Assembly: GCA_030141605.1 (NCBI GenBank)
Contig: JAQGDQ010000004.1
Coordinates: forward strand, 744,001-808,000
Reading direction: 5' to 3'
DNA from: Tubiluchus corallicola
Taxonomy: Eukaryota; Animalia; Priapulida
DNA: 64,000 nucleotides
The position numbers were made by a program, and so were the translations under genes. A model generated the notes under the pieces. The model was not told the origin of the DNA. It did not search any database and saw only the letters and a program-made list of their open reading frames with translations. Shown piece after piece: positions 50,201 through 62,934 of this stretch. The stretch's first letter is position 1. Each line of letters begins with the position of its first letter.

Positions 50201-53200
50201 TTTCATCACGATGGTTGAGCTTCAGATATCAGTACTGTATGTCAATTATGCTTTTCGTTCTGAATGAAATTAATGAATCTAAATGTACGAAATTGAAACA
50301 TATATTGCACGAAATTAATTTCCTGTCACATTATTCCACATTTACTGTACTTGTCTTTCGCTGTTTTCAGGTACTACTTTTCAGTTCTTCAAACAAAAGG
50401 AAAGATTTTCTCTCCATCATGAAGGATTTTTTGCAAAGACGGGGAAAGTCTATGGAAGTTCTTGGAACCAGTTCAACTAAAATTCACGAATCAGCTGAAA
50501 CAAAAGAGAAGCGAGTTAGGCGACTGGAGACTTTCTTCAGGGAAGCTTATAAAGAGGTAAAATTCAACCAGGTTCTGTTTTTCATGCGTCGTAACAAAAT
50601 AACTGATCTGTTAAAAGCACTTCAATCGATTAGCCACTTTTAAAATTACGTCACTAAAATTAATGTTATTCTTACAACCATTGCTGTTTTCGCAATATAT
50701 TATATGTTGCCCTCTCATACTCTGGACAGTTCCAAATGCATAATAAATTAAATCATAAATTTATTAGTCATAAATTAAGTTTTCCCTTGGGCATCTTAGC
50801 TACGGAATTCTGTAGACGAAAACTGTATCACTAATAACCTCACCCGCTTCAAGAAAAACAAAAAGTCCTAATGCAAGCAAATTAATTATAAGATTTCCAT
50901 TTTTCAGGACCTATATTCATTATATCGTATTCTTCTTTATACTATGGACTGCAAATTCTAACATCACAACTACGTATTGCCTTTGTGGCTCCATCCAGCA
51001 TTAATGGAGACTAACTGAGTGAAATGGATAGATAATCAATGTGCTGTTAGAATGCAGTTAATCCCTAGATTACTGCAATTTGCTTTTAAGCCATAATTTG
51101 AAATCCAACTCGCTTCAGATCGTATGAGATTGTCCTTAAAAGAAGACATAAAATTATTATATTCTCAGGTGTTCGAGATACCAACTGCAACAAAAACTCA
51201 GAAATCCCGCGACCCAGCTGCAGCTGATGAATTGCTGAATACAGAATTAACTCGTTCTGAGTTTGCTGAAGCCCTGGGAATGGCCTCAAACTCATTGTTT
51301 GTAGATCGGATGTTTGCAGTAGCAGACGTAGACAAAAATGGATACATAAGTTATCAAGATTTTCTTGACACAGCCAGACTGTTTACAAAAGGTTTGTTCA
51401 ATAAACATATTTACGATTTTTGTTTTCCATTTGTTTAGCTGTTTAGCTATTTGCCTATGTATCACATTTTTCCTCAATACTTTATTTTCCCTTCTTTTCT
51501 GATCGTCTTTCGTGTTTTCCTTTCGTAATTTGTTCGTTAATTTAATTTAACTGCTCGCTAGCATAATCATTTCCAAACGACTTTAATTATTCAGTTGTTT
51601 TTTATTTGCTTATTTTTTGTTTTGTTGGCCTGTCCATTCTTTCATCGATCTGTTTATCATTGCTTTTAATTATCTGTGTTATTCGATATATGGTAGCATA
51701 CACAGAATTCTGTTTCTAGGTGGTTTATCAATTCATTAATATAACTGCCTAGAGTGCAGAATATATGAGTTCGAGTTGAAGTGCATGGATTTTTTAGACT
51801 TCTGTTTTAACTCATAATGTCCAGCAATCCAGAAATGTTCTCTGGCATATATTAAGAATTCTATAGGATAATCTTCATAATTCTATAGGATAATCTAAGA
51901 CAGTCACAATCCTACAGCAATCAGTGATTTAACGTTGCAGGATCGAAGAATGACAAGATGAGAATTTTATATGACATCTTAAACGTATCACAAGAAGAGC
52001 ATCTCAGTGTAAAAGATTTTGAAAACATGATCAGGTAAGCAATGGCTTCCATCGTTTTACGTTTTTCATACATCGGTGACAATAATATAGCAGCACAGAC
52101 AAAAAACAAAGTTAATTAAGCCATAGTAAATTGTTGCCTTATAAGCCACTGACTTACTCGTGCGTTAAATTACGTTTTGCTTAAATTGTGTATACAATTT
52201 TGCTGATAAACTTCTTTCCCTTGCTGTAGATCGTTAATACAGACAACTCAGTCTGATTTTGATGAGGAACAAACTCACGATTTGCTTAGCATGATGCTTA
52301 GGTCGACAAACTTAGGAAACAAAAAGCAGTTATCTTACGAAGAATTCAGAACTCTTTTGGAAAAGCATGAGCGGGAATTGGAAAAAATAGGTCTGCATTT
52401 AAAAGGTAAATCATGACGCTCACACTAAGTCATACGTCGCTCAAGTTGCGTTTTAAGAATCGTTCTCACTTGATTTACGGCATTCAAAATTAAGGCTGTT
52501 TATGAAACAGCTTTTTATATTTCATAGTGGATGTAGAAGAATTTACACTTTCTGAGAAATAACATAGAGTATTTGTAAAATAAACTTTCTTCATGTCGTT
52601 TAATACATGTACAGTTAAAAATGCATTTCTATTTCGTTGACAGGCACAAAACAAATCTATGTACAGAAAAGATCAAATTTAAGGTAAATACTATTAACTA
52701 GGTACCATCGTTTTGAAGTTATTTTCACTGTCGTAGCAAATAAATAAATAAAGAAACGGTTGTGATCCAATTACAGGCCTATATTATTAATAGACACGTA
52801 TTATAACAGTCATTTTAATACAAACCCTTCTACTTCAGTGTGATAGAACATAACTGAACAGTTTATCTAACAGATATTATCTATTAAAACCTTGCTAAGA
52901 AGTATGTAAGCTAACTAAGTTCAATTCAAACGATATTTGCAGAACCCAAAGTTTTCGAGTAGAAACGGATGTATTTCAAATTCCTCTAGATGAGCCGTGG
53001 ATAAGGCAGAAGTGGAACAGCTTTATTACTTATTTAGAAGACAATCGGCAGCATGTTTTCTACCTGACATTGTTTTACCTTATCTGTGCTTTCTTGTTTA
53101 TAGAACGGTACACACGTAAGTAGCTGCCTTTCACACTTAAGCGGTATTTTAAAAAGGCTTACGTAAATCAGCTTATGTAGATTCCTTTTCAAAAAATTGT

Positions 53201-56200
53201 TAATGTATTCTACTCAAAATGCTTCTTAGAAGTGCAATAATTAAAGCCGATCTTACAAAATTTAACATTCAATGAAATTATATTGTACTGAACCAAAACT
53301 GCCTACTGTCATTATTATCATTATGACCATTTTCGTTATCGCCATCACCACCAGTCTACCACTATAATAATCGTGATCGTTACATGGTTACATACTTGCA
53401 CAGTTGACACCGTCAGTGGCTGGATGCTCTCTCATAATACATACGCAATAGCTAGCCGCAATCCGCCATGTCCTTTGAGTCACCTCTATCACAACCACCA
53501 ATGTTGTCTCCATTTACAGCCAACTCCATCCCAGCATTTGTCACAACGGCCAAAATCATCACTAAAGCAATACTGTGCCACAACAGCCACAGTCGTCACT
53601 ATTGCCGTAATCATTATTATCGCCCTGCCATTTTCATTCTTCTTCTTCTTCGGTCTATCATCATCTTCGTTGAAAGTTATTCATCTACAGTTTTGGAATA
53701 ACATCACTGGTTTTGCGAATTTCAAGATTAGTTCCCATTTTTACGAATTATAGCAGCATCAGTCCAACCAGCCATCATTCAAAAATAAAAATACTGCAGG
53801 TTTAAGTGTCATTTCAAAACCTTGTTAATTTGATATCAAAATTTATCAAGACACTACTAACTCACATATTTAACTAATCGTTTAGCCACAACTTAATTCG
53901 TAAAACTACACCAACTTGTAAAACAGATGAATCAGGCTGAGAATATCTAAATTTGAGTAACAATGATATTCAGAACGATTAAGTTTTATTGTTTTTTGTC
54001 TAGATTACTGCATATTTTCTGAACACAAGGATCTGCGAAAAGTGATGGGGAATGGAATCTGTGTCACTAGAGGCGCTGCTGGCGTCATATGCTTTACTTA
54101 CGCTTTGATAGTGCTCACAGTGTGCCGCCATATTATTACCTATTTGAGAGACACTGTTATTAATCAATATGTACCTTTAGATTCAGCTATAATGTTTCAT
54201 AAGATATGTGCTTGTACGGCTGGGTTCTTTACAGGTGTGTTATCATTTCTTTCTTTCTTGCTAGAATTTACAGCGTGTGAATGAATGGTTTCAATCTAAA
54301 AGTCCAAGTTCAAAAAGATTAAAGATTAATTAGCTAGTTGGCAAGCTGGGTATGTGTCTGGCTGTCTATTGGCTGACTGGGTGGCCAGATAAATGTCTAA
54401 CTAATATATCAAAACAATTGTTATGAAACAAATAAAATTAATGCAGACAAGGAACAGGGAAAAGCTGCACTAGGAATTAATATCCAAGTACACTTATTGT
54501 AATTTATGTAAGCACTGGCCGCATCGGTTTTGAAACTCGTCATAATCTCGTTAGGCCTTTGAACTAAACCATCTTCATTTGAGTGGACAAACCATTTCAG
54601 TATTAATCGAGAATGATTTTACCTTTACTTATTCAGCTGTTCATACTGTGGGTCACGTGATAAATTTTTACCACGTTTCGACGCAACCCGTGGAGCATCT
54701 TCATTGCCTCTTCAAAGGAATAGTATTTGAGTAAGTAAATACATTTACTACATGCTTTGTTGCCTTTCTATTTACACAACGCTGCGACGCGTCTTTCCTT
54801 AACACACTGCACGATAAGGCCTGCTTAACGTAAAGTGTTGCGACTGAACAGGACACTAGCTCATTATCAATGATACTCCCCTGAGGTAAAACACCCCGTC
54901 AAAATCCGTACACGTCCTGCCTCCACGAGATAAGTAGCTGGTATGAGTATACCAGCTAAATTGCCAACAAGCAGTGTCTTTCACAGTTACCTGTCCTTTT
55001 ACTGATAAGGCTCAGTAAGGCTTAACTTGCAGTACAAGTGCACGAACTGACCATTCGACTATCCCACTACACAATGCTTTAATTGGGTTATATTACAAAC
55101 AAGAATCTATCATAGATAGCTTCACCTATTCCTGTGCAGCGTTCAACAATATAGACCACGACCAGCAATTTTTGATTGTGTCCACAACAACAACGACGCC
55201 GACATGACAATACTGACGACATCCTTTTTGGAATGGATATATTTAGCATTAGCTTATACTACCTTTGCGCTCGCAGAGAAACTTGTTCGGGCCAACTCTA
55301 CTTATAGTTAAGTTAGGCTGCAATCACTTCTGTCAGATCTTGAACAATCCCGCTCCATCGCCTAAAACTGACTCGACCCCTTTCACCCAGCTTCCTCAAT
55401 TTTTTCCGCGCGGTCAGATAAGCGTCTAGATGTTTTCGTGATGTCGGCAATCGCCTTAAAACTGATATCAACATTATCACAATAGTAATATTCATATTAG
55501 GTGGAATAGATTAAATCATTAAATTATTAAATCATTTCTAGCATGTAATAATAATTCCCTTTTATTTGCGATATACAGACATATAGATAATCCTAATTTG
55601 TCATTGTCGTGTTCTTCGTTTTACTATTTTTGATACTAGCCGTTTAATTTTCAGATCTGGTTTCCAACCAACATTCCAATATTTTCTCTATGCCACGATA
55701 CCTGGCATAACTGGGTTACTTCTTGTTATAATGTGTTATTCGCTCTACATATTTGCAACACCAGTTGTTCGGTTAAGAGCGTTTGCAACGTTTTGGACAA
55801 CACACCATCTCTACATTCCAATCTACATCTTGACAGTGATCCATGGATCTGCTAGACTTAGTGGGGTATGTACAAAAAGTACAGTAGAGTGTAAAACATT
55901 TGTGAAATCGGATGGCATCTATAGTCACTTAATTTTTCTTTCTTGACAATTTACAAAATGTACAGTTAATTTTGTTAAATATTCTTCTTGTATTTGATTG
56001 AATTTTGCTATTTTGATGTGTTGTTGGGTTATTTACTAATTAGAAATGCCCTATGGTGTCACATATTGGTTATTTAATTGCTAAATTTTGTACTAATTTT
56101 GTACTACTTTGTCAGAATACTTTCTGCTTTTACTCGCACATCTTTACTTTTGCTAATTTGTAATGAATTCAGCAAGAGCTTGAAATATAAACATAACCAA

Positions 56201-59200
56201 ATTCGAATTAATAAATCCGAACATATTTTTCGTAATGTGGCTAGTTATCATTCAAACTGGACTTCTAAGCAGTAACGGTATAAAAATTGCACTACGTTCA
56301 TTAAAAAAAAGAAAAGAACAATAAATATGGGCCTATCCCGCTAACTCACTGTTGTTGTAAAATTTGTTGCCATTCAAATGCAGGCTCAGTTATAAATGTT
56401 AAGGCTTAAGGAAGAATTTTTTCTGTTAAATGATTAATTTATCAAATGTTATTAGTATCCTTATTATTTTAGCCGTCTGTGTTCTGGACGTATACTGCAG
56501 GGCCTATTGCTTTGTTTGCAATAGACAAACTTATTGTTGTAAGAAACAGGAAATTAGAACTTGCAGTTGTTGGAGCCGAACTATTACCCTCGGGTAAGTT
56601 CCCAAATTAATTTTTCCTCTATGAAAGTTAAACCTTCACTCAATGTTTCGCTAGGTCTATAACTTTAAATTACTTGAACTAAGTAGTGTCTAAGTTAGTA
56701 ATCTAGCAAAACTCATTGTTTTCAGCTCCATGTAGTGCTCAGTCAATTTGTTATAGTTTGTTTTGTTTGATAGTCAGATAAGTTAGGATAACTAAATTTT
56801 TGAGTTAGCAGTTGTAATCATGCTTTTTGGTTTGACATTCATTAAACACTAACGTTTGACAATTTGATTTCCTAGATGTCACAAAAGTAGTGTTCAGCCG
56901 ACCACCTAGCTTCCTCTATAGATCTGGTCAATGGGTCCGGCTGTGCTGTCCAGCAGTGTCTCCCGGGGAGTATCATGCCCTCACACTGACTTCAGCACCT
57001 CATGAACATACCCTTTGTGTTCACGTTAAAGCTTATGGACGATGGACATGGACGTTGAGAAATATCTTAGATCCAGCAAACATGATAGGGTTTCCTTATC
57101 CAACGGTAAGTTGCGATTCTCTTAATTATTCTAATGTTGTGAAACTAACAAGTTTTCGGGCAAATAAACACTCTGTCGCCAATTTGTATTTTAATGATCG
57201 CTCAGTCTGTTTATTAGAGAACAAAAAGAAAGTATCGTCCGGATAAACTCCCAGGTGGACAGTGAAAAACGTAAATTGTATAGTAAAAGTATACTACTAG
57301 GCCAATTTTTAAAAGTACTTTTATCAAATTAACCTGATAAACACAGAATAGTGTTGACTAGACTACACATGCCCAAAATAAAGCACAGCATTACATAAAA
57401 AGTTAGTAAAACTCACAACGATACACTACTATATACAGTGCATGCAATCATCCCCCCAGAACATTTTATTCGCATAGACATTATATACAATAAAACATCA
57501 GTAATTTAAAAGTGATACTACAAATAAAGATTGTGTAAAACAATAAAATGTCTGTAATAAAATTATAATATTGTCATATTAGCCTGTCTGACACACATAA
57601 AATTTTCAGCCAGTGCTGCTGCATTTTTGGTTGATAGCTGCACTCACTGTTCCATGTGCTCAGCACAAGAATATTACAACTTTTAGACAGCCTGTTTTTA
57701 AGAGGCGACAAATAGAGACTTACTACCTTGCAAAGGCAAGAGTTTTCGCATTACTAACCACCTTTAACGTTTAAATGCAATAGAGTTTTCTTTCACTATA
57801 AAACATCGGTTATATTGCTATTCCTCTTCTCTGGAGAACTTAGAGATTCTCATCTCGTAGCTTTATGGATATTAAGAGTACAGCTTTTAACTATAACATC
57901 CCGCCATTGCAATCTGTTAATTCCTGGGCCCAAACGTGTTGATAATGCTAGTGGAGCAGTAGACCATAGATATCTAGATTACTTTATTTACATAGCCCAC
58001 TTTATTACAAAAGTCCTACTCCTCCAACATACGAGAAACAACCAGCGGACTGTCTGACAAGAGATATCAATTTCTTGTACAGTTAGGCATCTCTGAGTCA
58101 GATACTTCGGTTTTAAATGTTTGCAAGCAAAGACAAGGCAGTTGCTGGCTGTAGATGAGTAATACAGCATATGCTAAAACAATTCACGTGCGTGTTTTGT
58201 CTCCAATGGATAGTCAGTCATCATGAGGAAACTCATTATGATAACATGTCGGCATGGCTGAGGCTCTTCATCTCTTGATAGAGGCAGGAAATGAGCGGAG
58301 TATAGAATGGAACCCAGCAGATAGTGCTCTACTATCGAAACTCGAACATACGAAGCTCGGCCTAGGTCCAGGAAACGAACCTATTAAGATTTCTGATCTA
58401 AGTTTTTGCACGTGAAGCATCAGAACCTTGATGAACAATTCTATCGGCAATCGCCCGGAATGGCGAACTACTGCTATTGATTCTCGCAAAAGGCATTGAA
58501 ATCTACATAGTACACAGCCACACGAAGTATTACATATGGAAACGAATCCTTACTCGCTTCGAGCTTTCGAGGATGGATGATGTGATAATGGTTGGATGGT
58601 TAATAAGATTGAATATTTTAATTTGATACTAATTTCTCCAAAGACAATAAAATATGTTCTTGGTTTGTCAACCTTGTGTGAAAGTGACGTATTTCTGTAT
58701 GATTAAGGTCTTTTCGAAAACCCATAAGCTGAGAGTTGAACGTGCTGCTGTAGATAGTCTGTGTAGGTGGTAATTTCTTTCAAAAAACATTCTTTAATGT
58801 TTTTTACAGTGCAGCTTGTCAAGGGCATCACAATCAGATTCCCTAAACAAAATGCCAACTTGCTCGTGCTGCCCTTTTCTACTTTGATATGTCGAAAAAA
58901 TTGTCAAGGTTTTATCATAGGCTTGAAAATGACTGACATTCCTGTCTGCAGCTTTCTGTAAGTCATGTAAGTCTACCATCTTCTCGCTATAGAAGACGCT
59001 GACGTTACAACTTGTGAGGTAGTAGATGACCATTGATAGGGCATTATGTTGTGCTGGTTTTTGGTTATCTTCTTGTACATAATAAGTCAAAGTTTATAGT
59101 AAAGATGCGATTAAAAAATTCGTGACGCAAAATGACATGCATCACAACATCTGCCGCTGCTGCAAATGTGATCTTTTCAACAGTAAGAAGTTACTAGTAT

Positions 59201-62200
59201 TGAAATTTGTATCAAGAACTCATGCATCACACATTATAGAGCACTGCTGCATTTTGAACTATGGAAACCGCTGCAAAGGTTTGTTGCATTCATTGTAAAC
59301 AACTAGCGACAAGTCCCCTCTATTCTTAGTGCAATATTCTTGCTCGAGTCTTCGCAGATTTATTCATCTCAGACATTGACTAGATTTGAGGAGGGTATCA
59401 TGAAAACTGGTGCTTGTGAAACAATTGAGCAGCCTATCCCAAATTTCTTGTCAAGCTGTATTCAATAGTAATCAAGGACAGTCTGGAGGTCTGATTGCAA
59501 CCCCCACGACCTTGTTTCAACCATGCCAATGGCAAAACTAACAAGATGAGATGGTGTCTCAGACATACTGAAAGGATCATTGTTGGCATCCTTCTGTCTC
59601 GGAAGACAATGGAGTGTGCGCCAAGAGAGTCAGTTATTGATCACACTGATGGAGCTGCAGCGTCGACTGTGGCTCAGCAGTCCGATCCTTGAACGGCAGT
59701 TAGACAGCCGTAACTGCAGCCTCCCGTGTTGTTTCTGTCACTGGACTGGCCTCTCCAGGGCGCACGCCTGGGCAAGGTGTATGGAGATCCTGAGTTGCCC
59801 AGACAACAGGAACCCCCTCTCTTCCTCCCTTGTGTAGTCCAAATGAAAGCGGAGCGATACGTTTGGCACCAGGTTGGCTGCGGGAGCTGCCGGAGTCAGT
59901 GAGCATGCTGCACTAGTCCGCCTTCGGGGCTCCACTCCTGATTTGGAAGGTTTACTCCTCTACACATGGCCGTTGTGTCACTTGACACCCTCCGCCCTCT
60001 AGCCGTTGGCTGCTCGTGCAGCTCCTCCGCCTAGTGTCGAGGTACAGTGTGGGCGAGCTACAGTGAAAGGATCAATGAAGATATAATTTAAGTCAACAAT
60101 TCGTTGAAAGAAAGTGGTGGTACCATTGACCTTGAAATATTCAGCACTTGCACGGTGTTTTCAGATTAAACTTATCACAGCTCTTCTTAAACTTCCCAGC
60201 AATATTCGCTCGCAATCAGTCAGCCAAAATCTCCATAATCTCCTTATCTGCGCTTTATTTTTTACTTCTATCGTATATATCTATCATACATCTTCATTTT
60301 TGGCGTGCATGTATTATTTAATTGTATGTAATTATGTATATTTAAATGTATTAATTTACATTTAAGTCTGTATATAGAGTGTTTTTTCTGAAAATGTATC
60401 ATCGCAAGTTAAAGACTGAAATGTCTTGAATATATCAGGTCTCCAGCATTTATCAAAGAGCCCTTTGGTAGTTTTGTAGGCGTCTACGGTATAAAAAGTT
60501 TTGCACCAAAGGCGGTACCACCTCCCGGAAAAATTGTGCTCTCTGCTGCAGTACTCTCTGCTGATAAATTAAGCAGTTCCAATACTCACAACATTTTTGG
60601 TGCAGCTTTTCATTTTTAAACTATGAAATTAAGTGCAGAACAATCTCGTATTTTCCAATCTGCTTAGCAGCAACAGGTCAACGGTTGCTTCAATGCGCGA
60701 CGTGACAGTGCCTGGACAAGAGCCGAGAGCATTGCATAAATTGTGCAATATGGTGTTGTTTTTGTACACAATGTACACAGTGTAGGATCATCAGTTTACC
60801 CAATTAATTAGCATAGATTTATCTATTTATACCAATAGGTGCAAGTTGATGGTCCTTATGGTGGAGGAAACCAAGAATGGTACAAATATGAGATAGCTGT
60901 AATGATAGGAGGAGGCATCGGCATCACACCTTATGCATCAATATTAAGTGACTTGGTGTATGGAACATCTACAAACAGATACAGGGGCGTGTACTGTAAA
61001 AAAGTAATTTGATTCGTCATATTTATTGTATGTTAGGAAGGTATATGTTGCCTTAGAAAATGTAATTATCTAAACCGACGCAACAGTATCTATCATTATT
61101 CTGCATGTCTGATGCGTATTTATGTATAAACATTGCGTATAATGTACTGTAAGAAAAGCTTGTTCAAAATGACATTTGCAGTCCTTAGTATGAGAAGGTA
61201 TATTGAGTATGCATGGACAACTAAATAACGCATATTGTTGTAGGTGTATTTCTTGTGGGTATGTCCAACGCACAGGAGCTGGGAGTGGTTTGTTGACGTA
61301 TTGCGTAATGCAGAGGAACGTGACGTCATGGGAGTGATTGATGTTCATATCTTTGTAACTCAATATTTTGACACATTTGACCTTAGAACAATGATGCTGG
61401 TAAGTTATTTATGATTGTCTATTTTATTAAGTAGTTACTAATGGCTACCGAATTCTTATGCTTTACTTGAATTTACAGATTGTTTTCATTTTTCTAGAAA
61501 TGTCATAGTTTTTTAAAACTGCTTTGGCGTGGCATAATTCTCAAGTATAGCCTGTACAGTCGCATCCAAGTTTTTCATATGTGCTCTTACTTTTTTCAGT
61601 ATATTTGTGAAAAACATTTCCAAAAATACTTCAAAAGGAGTATATTTACTGGACTTAGAGCAAAGAATCATTTTGGTCGTCCAGATTTTCAGCAAATTTT
61701 TAGATACGTCCGTTCAAAACACCCCAGGGTAAGTGTATACTTGAGTACGTGAAAAGTTGTTGAAAGCCGTGGCACGAGTGCTGGTGAGATTTGTTAGTTG
61801 CCAAAAGGTGATATTAGTGGGATCAATAAATTTAACGAAGCATCGCTGTTGTTACAGTGCATGTTGCCACTGATGCTTATTGTTCTGAACAAATTTCAAA
61901 CTTCAAGCGTCGTAGACATAATTCTATAAGCCAAAATGAAAAGTAGGCAAATCCTGAAAATAGTAGATTGATTGTTGCCTGATTTTCTACTTGTATTAAT
62001 TGCTCCAGTAGGTTAAATTATCAGTATGATTTGCCTGAACTTATAAGGTGAAATTGAATTTTGTCGGCAGTTAATGATTTTAAAAACACTCTTGTTTAAT
62101 TGTACATTCATACAGTTTTTATTATTCCTTTAGATGAGCAAAGTAGGTGTATTTAGCTGTGGGCCGCCGGCTTTAACGAACTCCATAGGTGACGCATGTG

Positions 62201-62259
62201 CAGCTGTAAACCAAACAAGACAGCTTCCAAACTTTCTGCACTTTTACGAAAATTTCTAG
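38227..62259 (+). CDS. DUOX: Dual oxidase (signal peptide, peroxidase-homology domain, TM, EF-hands, 6-TM ferric reductase, FAD and NADPH domains), 30 coding exons, about 1498 aa
   Basis: Exons: 38227-38290 (MIVMGRMKLIFGLVLLTYSAS; start Met uncertain), 42490-42564 (QRYDGWFNNLVHPDWGS), 42746-42907, 43715-43899, 44208-44412 (TSWIDGSFVYS), 45562-45728 (LGDPRANQHP), 45865-45925, 46118-46214 (AAFRFSHT), 46429-46604, 46787-46959 (DLAALNIMRGRD), 47425-47600 (RIRNGDRFWFEN), 47889-48007, 48235-48378, 48606-48740, 49562-49764, 50371-50556, 51169-51391, 51941-52034, 52230-52405, 52644-52683, 52943-53115, 54004-54234 (TRGAA, FHK), 54637-54730 (HTVGH), 55655-55865 (THHLY, IHGS), 56473-56593, 56876-57105 (SGQWV, TLTSAPHE), 60839-61003 (DGPYG, GGGIGITPY), 61244-61399, 61600-61728 (HFGRP), 62134-62259 (VFSCGP...YENF*). 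The total of 4497 nt is divisible by 3 and I read no internal stop. Confidence 0.95.
39170..41260 (-). mobile_element. Decayed RTE-clade LINE (APE end plus RT) in the first DUOX coding intron
   Basis: Minus-strand fragments RSANCDTDHSLV (APE C-terminus), GISLLSVDGKIFTKVLLSR, QLQEKC, IISFHNG...YDGSTAEAF, SDGKLFNL...RAKTK; many stops and deletions. Confidence 0.85.
43028..43359 (+). repeat. Tandem duplication, 2 x about 166 bp, in a DUOX intron
   Basis: GTTCTCATGTTGTTCCCCAAGGCTG...AATATTG(G/A)TGGAAT at 43028 and again at 43194. Confidence 0.9.
49264..49461. mobile_element. MITE of about 200 bp in a DUOX intron
   Basis: Left AAAGTGACGTTTACCCAGCATCCGGATACGGATGCGT versus right (reverse complement) AAAGTGGCGTTTACCAGCGTCCGGATGCGGATGCGT. 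Confidence 0.75.
58490..59100 (-). mobile_element. Decayed Academ-like DNA transposon C-terminal region (XPG-like H3TH, LPPT, Cys-rich CXC)
   Basis: Minus-strand remnants, in order: YYLTSCNVSVFYSEK (cf. HxxTGCDxxSxFxGxGK), KLPPT, then ICNTSCGCVLCRFQC. The family call is from remembered motif order, not from a search. Confidence 0.5.
59580..60060 (+). mobile_element. GC-rich retroposon-derived segment, probably an RTE 5' UTR or SINE-like element
   Basis: Abrupt GC-rich island starting TGTTGGCATCCTTCTGTCTCGGAAGACAATGG and containing GGCACCAGGTTGGCTGCGGGAGCTGCCGG; resembles RTE 5' UTRs from memory only. Confidence 0.4.
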
Positions 62260-62934
62260 TCGACGATGCGTTCCCGTGGGTTTCAAGTGTAGAAGAAGCG
62301 TTGCTCTTTGTCAGACTTTGAACTTCTAGTAGCACAAGAGCGCGAAATCAAGTGACGTGGTTATTGATCGTATATTTTCAAGTGAATTTTTATTGAATTA
62401 AAAAACGAACAGATTTATTGTAGAACAAACCTGAGTAATGTGAGAAACATAACTTTATTAAGTAATTATAGTAGTAAATGATTTTTTAAACGGAATCTGT
62501 AGAAGTTTTAGAAAAAAAATATTTGTAGAAAGGATGGCTTTTTTACACAGCTTCTTTTCAAATTACGTATATTTTATATATTTATTTAAACAGAATTATT
62601 GCAGGCAGACAGCTAAATAAATTTAAATATGTAAAAGCTTCGTTGATTTTTTTGAGTATGCAACTGACACGAACACAACGGAAAAAAATTAACCTGTGCA
62701 GACTACACAGATAATAAATATTTATAAATTTCAAAAATAAAACTCCTAATACAATAATGCATGGCAAACTAATGGAAAAAAACTAATGAGAACATTAATG
62801 ACTTATTCTAACTCTAATATTTGCATCAATGCATACACACTATCATTGCAATGTAAAGGTATAAATTTTATAACGAAAATTTGTTATGAAAATACAAATT
62901 CAGAACTCTTGTAAAATAGTCCCTGTAAAATAGT

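Noticed and set aside
53373-53753. 126-aa His/Ile-rich ORF in a DUOX intron
   Set aside because: Degenerate CAT/CAC low-complexity sequence; the flanking DUOX exons join correctly without it.
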